A DNA stretch of 59,550 nucleotides from Escherichia phage BRET. Below, piece after piece: positions 56,919-59,550 of the stretch. The notes beneath the pieces are model-generated. The model ran no database searches, was not told the origin of the DNA, and worked only from the letters and a program-made list of their open reading frames with translations. Positions within the stretch are counted from its first letter, which is position 1; every line of letters starts with the position of its first letter. Position numbers and translations under genes: made by a program. Location: sequence record MK165087.1. One strand, given 5' to 3'.

Positions 56919-57409
56919 CCGCAATTGCTTATCGTAATGGTATATTGGCTGTAGATCGTCAGGTTACATGGGGTAATATTGCAACAACTACGGATAAAGT
57001 TCATACTGTCAATATTCCAGGGATTGGACTTTGTCTTGTTGCGATGTCTGGTAAACTACGTCCTGTAACTGATATTGTGGATCATCTGAAAACTACGGTT
57101 CGTGGGCGTAAAGAACCTTTCTCGGATTTAAATCCGGATTCCCGTTATGGTATTGCCGTGACGCAGGAACTTGTCGTATATCCTATCTACGGGGATGGGA
57201 AATTAGGTCTACCGGACACTAACGAATTTATTGCGGAAGGTAGCGCGTTTGAGTTCTTGATGGGTGCAATGGCGGGAGGTTGCACCGCCGAAGAGGCCGT
57301 ACAACTGGCGTGCGTATATTGCGACAGTTGTGGTCAAGGGGTTAAGTTCTATGACGTAGCCTATACTCTTAAAGTGGCGCAGTGTAAAATCGAGGAGAAA
57401 CCATTTTGA
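56915..57409 (+). CDS. HslV / proteasome-beta-like Ntn hydrolase
   Basis: N-terminus MTAIAYRNGILAVDRQVTWGN resembles HslV TTIVSVRRNG..GDGQATLGN (Thr1 nucleophile after Met removal); downstream Lys and GG motifs. Confidence 0.5.
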   Translation: MTAIAYRNGILAVDRQVTWGNIATTTDKVHTVNIPGIGLCLVAMSGKLRPVTDIVDHLKTTVRGRKEPFSDLNPDSRYGIAVTQELVVYPIYGDGKLGLPDTNEFIAEGSAFEFLMGAMAGGCTAEEAVQLACVYCDSCGQGVKFYDVAYTLKVAQCKIEEKPF

Positions 57410-57597
57410 AGAAACCTAAGACTGGTCTGTTCCTTTGTGTTGGTGGACCTTTTGACGGTAAGCGTATACGCTTAACAACATCAGATTTGTATCCAAGTTC
57501 CTCCGTTTTCTCTGTTCCATCCTATAAAAATGGTGAGAAGGGGCAATACGTCTGGAATGATGAAATTCGAAACAGTGTAATCTGGAGAACATCGTGA
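57406..57597 (+). CDS. hypothetical protein
   Basis: 63-aa ORF. Confidence 0.35.
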   Translation: MKKPKTGLFLCVGGPFDGKRIRLTTSDLYPSSSVFSVPSYKNGEKGQYVWNDEIRNSVIWRTS

Positions 57598-57821
57598 GTG
57601 ATCCTACAAATGCGCAATTAGCCGCTGCAAGAGTGTATATGCGCGGAGCTGCTGCTGAGATTGATGCTTTGCCTCAATTTGAAAAGTATGTACAGCAACT
57701 CGAAGATAAATTCAAGACTCTTAAAGATCTAGGGGATACGAAAGATGCTATAGCCTTTCTTCTTGCTATCCAATACTTGTCTATGGGGGTTGGTGACAAA
57801 GTATGTTCCTTAGAAGAATAA
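57594..57821 (+). CDS. hypothetical protein
   Basis: 75-aa ORF. Confidence 0.35.
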   Translation: MSDPTNAQLAAARVYMRGAAAEIDALPQFEKYVQQLEDKFKTLKDLGDTKDAIAFLLAIQYLSMGVGDKVCSLEE

Positions 57822-58303
57822 TTGGTATTGTTGCACCTTGCATACCACTTGTCATAATTGTTATTCTAGCCAACTGGGCTTATGACAATGCCATAGAATC
57901 AGCTAGAAAGGAGGGTTTCGATGCCGGTGTGTCGTACCAAAAAGAAACTCAGAAAGCGGTTGATTTCGAGGAGGAGAAACGAAGAGCATATGAGAAAGAC
58001 GTTATCGAACGCCAGTATCAATCTCGCATTGAGTCTTTGGTTGCCGATCTTAATGATTATCGTGCTACTAATGACAGGTTGCACAACGAAATCGCAACCG
58101 TCCGTAAGTACCTCGGCGACGCTACCGGCCCTCAGCCCGACAGCAAGACAACCGCCCAGATCGCCCGTGTGCTCACCGAACTGTATTCGGAAAGCGTCAC
58201 AGAATACAGACAAGTGGCAGAAGAGGCTGAAAAGTATCGTGTTGCCGGCGAGCAGTGCGAACTACAGTATGATGCAATGCGAAATGCGCGTAAAGAACGG
58301 TGA
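57803..58303 (+). CDS. i-spanin (Rz-like)
   Basis: N-terminal transmembrane helix then coiled-coil periplasmic domain; an overlapping lipoprotein ORF sits in another frame. Confidence 0.55.
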   Translation: MFLRRIIGIVAPCIPLVIIVILANWAYDNAIESARKEGFDAGVSYQKETQKAVDFEEEKRRAYEKDVIERQYQSRIESLVADLNDYRATNDRLHNEIATVRKYLGDATGPQPDSKTTAQIARVLTELYSESVTEYRQVAEEAEKYRVAGEQCELQYDAMRNARKER

Positions 58304-58334
58304 TAAACTGCAAAGTCCTTGCCGGGTTGCGTAA
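57990..58334 (+). CDS. o-spanin (Rz1-like lipoprotein)
   Basis: MRKTLSNASINLALSLWLPILMIIVLLMTGC signal with lipobox Cys, Pro-rich mature part; overlaps and extends past the i-spanin; start may be 58053. Confidence 0.45.
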   Translation: MRKTLSNASINLALSLWLPILMIIVLLMTGCTTKSQPSVSTSATLPALSPTARQPPRSPVCSPNCIRKASQNTDKWQKRLKSIVLPASSANYSMMQCEMRVKNGDKLQSPCRVA

Positions 58335-58425
58335 CTAAACGTTCAATCTTAATCGCGCATAATTGATTGTGTGCGTGTGATAATTCAACTATGCTCTATT
58401 CGGTTTAACTGAATGGAGCTTTTTT

Positions 58426-58860
58426 ATGACTGTGCAACCACGAGGTATCCGGAATAACAATCCGGGAAATATTCGTTGGGGTGATAACTGGAAAGGTCTT
58501 GTTCCTGAAAACAAACGGACTGACCGTTCTTTTTGTCAATTTATCGATGTAAAATATGGTATTCGCGCCATTGCGCGTATTTTACTAAACTACCGCAACC
58601 GCGAAGGGATGAAGCGTGTCGGAAATAAAGGGATTGACACTGTACGGGAAATTATTTCGCGCTGGGCTCCGCCGAATGAAAATAACACTGAAGCCTATAT
58701 TCAATCTGTGTCTAAGGCTTGTGGTGTTGGTGCAGAACAGCCGATTTCAGTGACCGATGATAAAATCATGCTTGCGATCGTGAAAGCGATCATCAAACAT
58801 GAGAACGGTGTGCAACCTTATTCTGATGAAGATTTGCTCGCGGGTATCCATATGGCATAG
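58426..58860 (+). CDS. putative endolysin (by position only)
   Basis: 144-aa soluble protein between spanins and holin-like genes; no catalytic motif recognised. Confidence 0.35.
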   Translation: MTVQPRGIRNNNPGNIRWGDNWKGLVPENKRTDRSFCQFIDVKYGIRAIARILLNYRNREGMKRVGNKGIDTVREIISRWAPPNENNTEAYIQSVSKACGVGAEQPISVTDDKIMLAIVKAIIKHENGVQPYSDEDLLAGIHMA

Positions 58861-58873
58861 TAAGAGGTTATAA

Positions 58874-59182
58874 GTGTCGCCGAACTGGGATTGGAATATA
58901 GTTTTTATTCTGACTGCCATTGCAATGGTAGGGGGTTCCCTTGGCTACGCTGCAAGAACCCATGATGCTAAAGAAAGGTTCAGACTCAGCGTCTTCATTC
59001 AAGAGGGTGCTTTTTCTGCATTCTTTGGTTTCTTGATAGGTGTAATTAACGTGGAACATGGTGTCTCACTGGGCCTCAGTGGGGCGTTCATAGGCGTGTT
59101 ATCTTGGTCAGGATCAAGAACCATGCTGAAGTTTCTACGGAGAAAAACAGAAGCATGTGACCGAGAAAGAGAAAGAGGTTAG
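58874..59182 (+). CDS. putative holin
   Basis: 102 aa with 2-3 predicted transmembrane helices and a charged C-terminus; AAGAGG RBS before a GTG start. Confidence 0.5.
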   Translation: MSPNWDWNIVFILTAIAMVGGSLGYAARTHDAKERFRLSVFIQEGAFSAFFGFLIGVINVEHGVSLGLSGAFIGVLSWSGSRTMLKFLRRKTEACDRERERG

Positions 59183-59184
59183 TT

Positions 59185-59421
59185 ATGCGTCACTTCATCG
59201 ACGATCTTCTTATATTGTGTAAGAAACCGCGATTGCTTTTCATTTATATGATGATTGGACTTGCACAAATTGGAGTCAGTGCTATCGCCATTGATCAGAT
59301 GCACAAGAGACACAGGGCAAACCTGCAACCTTCAAAACCACCTGTTTATGTGGTCAATAAGGTTGAACAAATCAAACAAGACATCCGGGAGATAACGTAC
59401 ATTCCTAAAGCGGAAATGTAG
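59185..59421 (+). CDS. putative holin / antiholin-like membrane protein
   Basis: 78 aa with one transmembrane helix; AGAGG RBS. Confidence 0.4.
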   Translation: MRHFIDDLLILCKKPRLLFIYMMIGLAQIGVSAIAIDQMHKRHRANLQPSKPPVYVVNKVEQIKQDIREITYIPKAEM

Positions 59422-59437
59422 ATTGGTTTATAAGTAA

Positions 59438-59475
59438 AGCCCGCTCCTTGAATTTATATCGAGCGGGCTTTTTAT
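59438..59475 (+). terminator. rho-independent terminator
   Basis: Perfect 10-bp stem AAGCCCGCTC / GAGCGGGCTT followed by TTTTTATT. Confidence 0.6.
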
Positions 59476-59493
59476 TGACATTTGCTATAACCC

Positions 59494-59522
59494 TTGCAAT
59501 TAATTAGTCCACCGCTTATATT
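59494..59522 (+). promoter_or_regulatory. candidate sigma70-type promoter upstream of the terminase genes
   Basis: TTGCAA-N17-TATATT, then AGGAG close to the window end. Confidence 0.35.
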
Positions 59523-59550
59523 CGTGTCAAGAATCGACAGGAGTAACGTT

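Noticed and set aside
1-59550. tRNA genes and CRISPR arrays
   Set aside because: No cloverleaf-compatible segment with a GTTCxAxxC-type T-loop and no regularly spaced repeat-spacer array was seen by eye in intergenic regions; this was not searched exhaustively and needs tRNAscan-type confirmation.

Overview
The window reads as a complete or near-complete, circularly permuted genome (59.5 kb) of a siphovirus-type dsDNA phage of enterobacteria, of the 7-deazaguanine-modifying (Queuovirinae-like, phage 9g-type) kind. All calls come from reading the ORF translations and the sequence by eye; no searches were run, and start codons and short-element coordinates are approximate (a few nt). Layout: (1) a plus-strand late module, 1-24,030: terminase small and large subunits, portal, scaffold, major capsid, head-tail joining proteins, major tail protein, tail assembly chaperones with a -1 frameshift, tape measure, tail tip proteins and two tail fibers. 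(2) A minus-strand replication and early module, 24,305-54,661: family-A-like DNA polymerase, clamp-like protein, a 7-deazaguanine DNA-modification cluster (DpdA, FolE, QueD, Gat-QueC, QueE, plus two unknown ORFs), SF2 helicase, Cas4-like exonuclease, Q-rich SSB-like protein, Sak4-like ATPase, DNA ligase, RNase H, dUTPase, primase-helicase and many small ORFs. (3) A plus-strand early and lysis block, 55,418-59,421: an HslV-like Ntn hydrolase, spanins, a putative endolysin and holins. Two non-coding regions (about 51.2-52.2 kb and 54.7-55.4 kb) carry repeat arrays that may be origin or regulatory elements. The strongest candidate system is the deazaguanine DNA-hypermodification cluster, which is a described family; the less-described signals are its two embedded unknown ORFs, a helicase ending in the host SSB tail motif DFDDDIPF, the HslV-like protein, and the repeat arrays. 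No tRNA or CRISPR array was seen.
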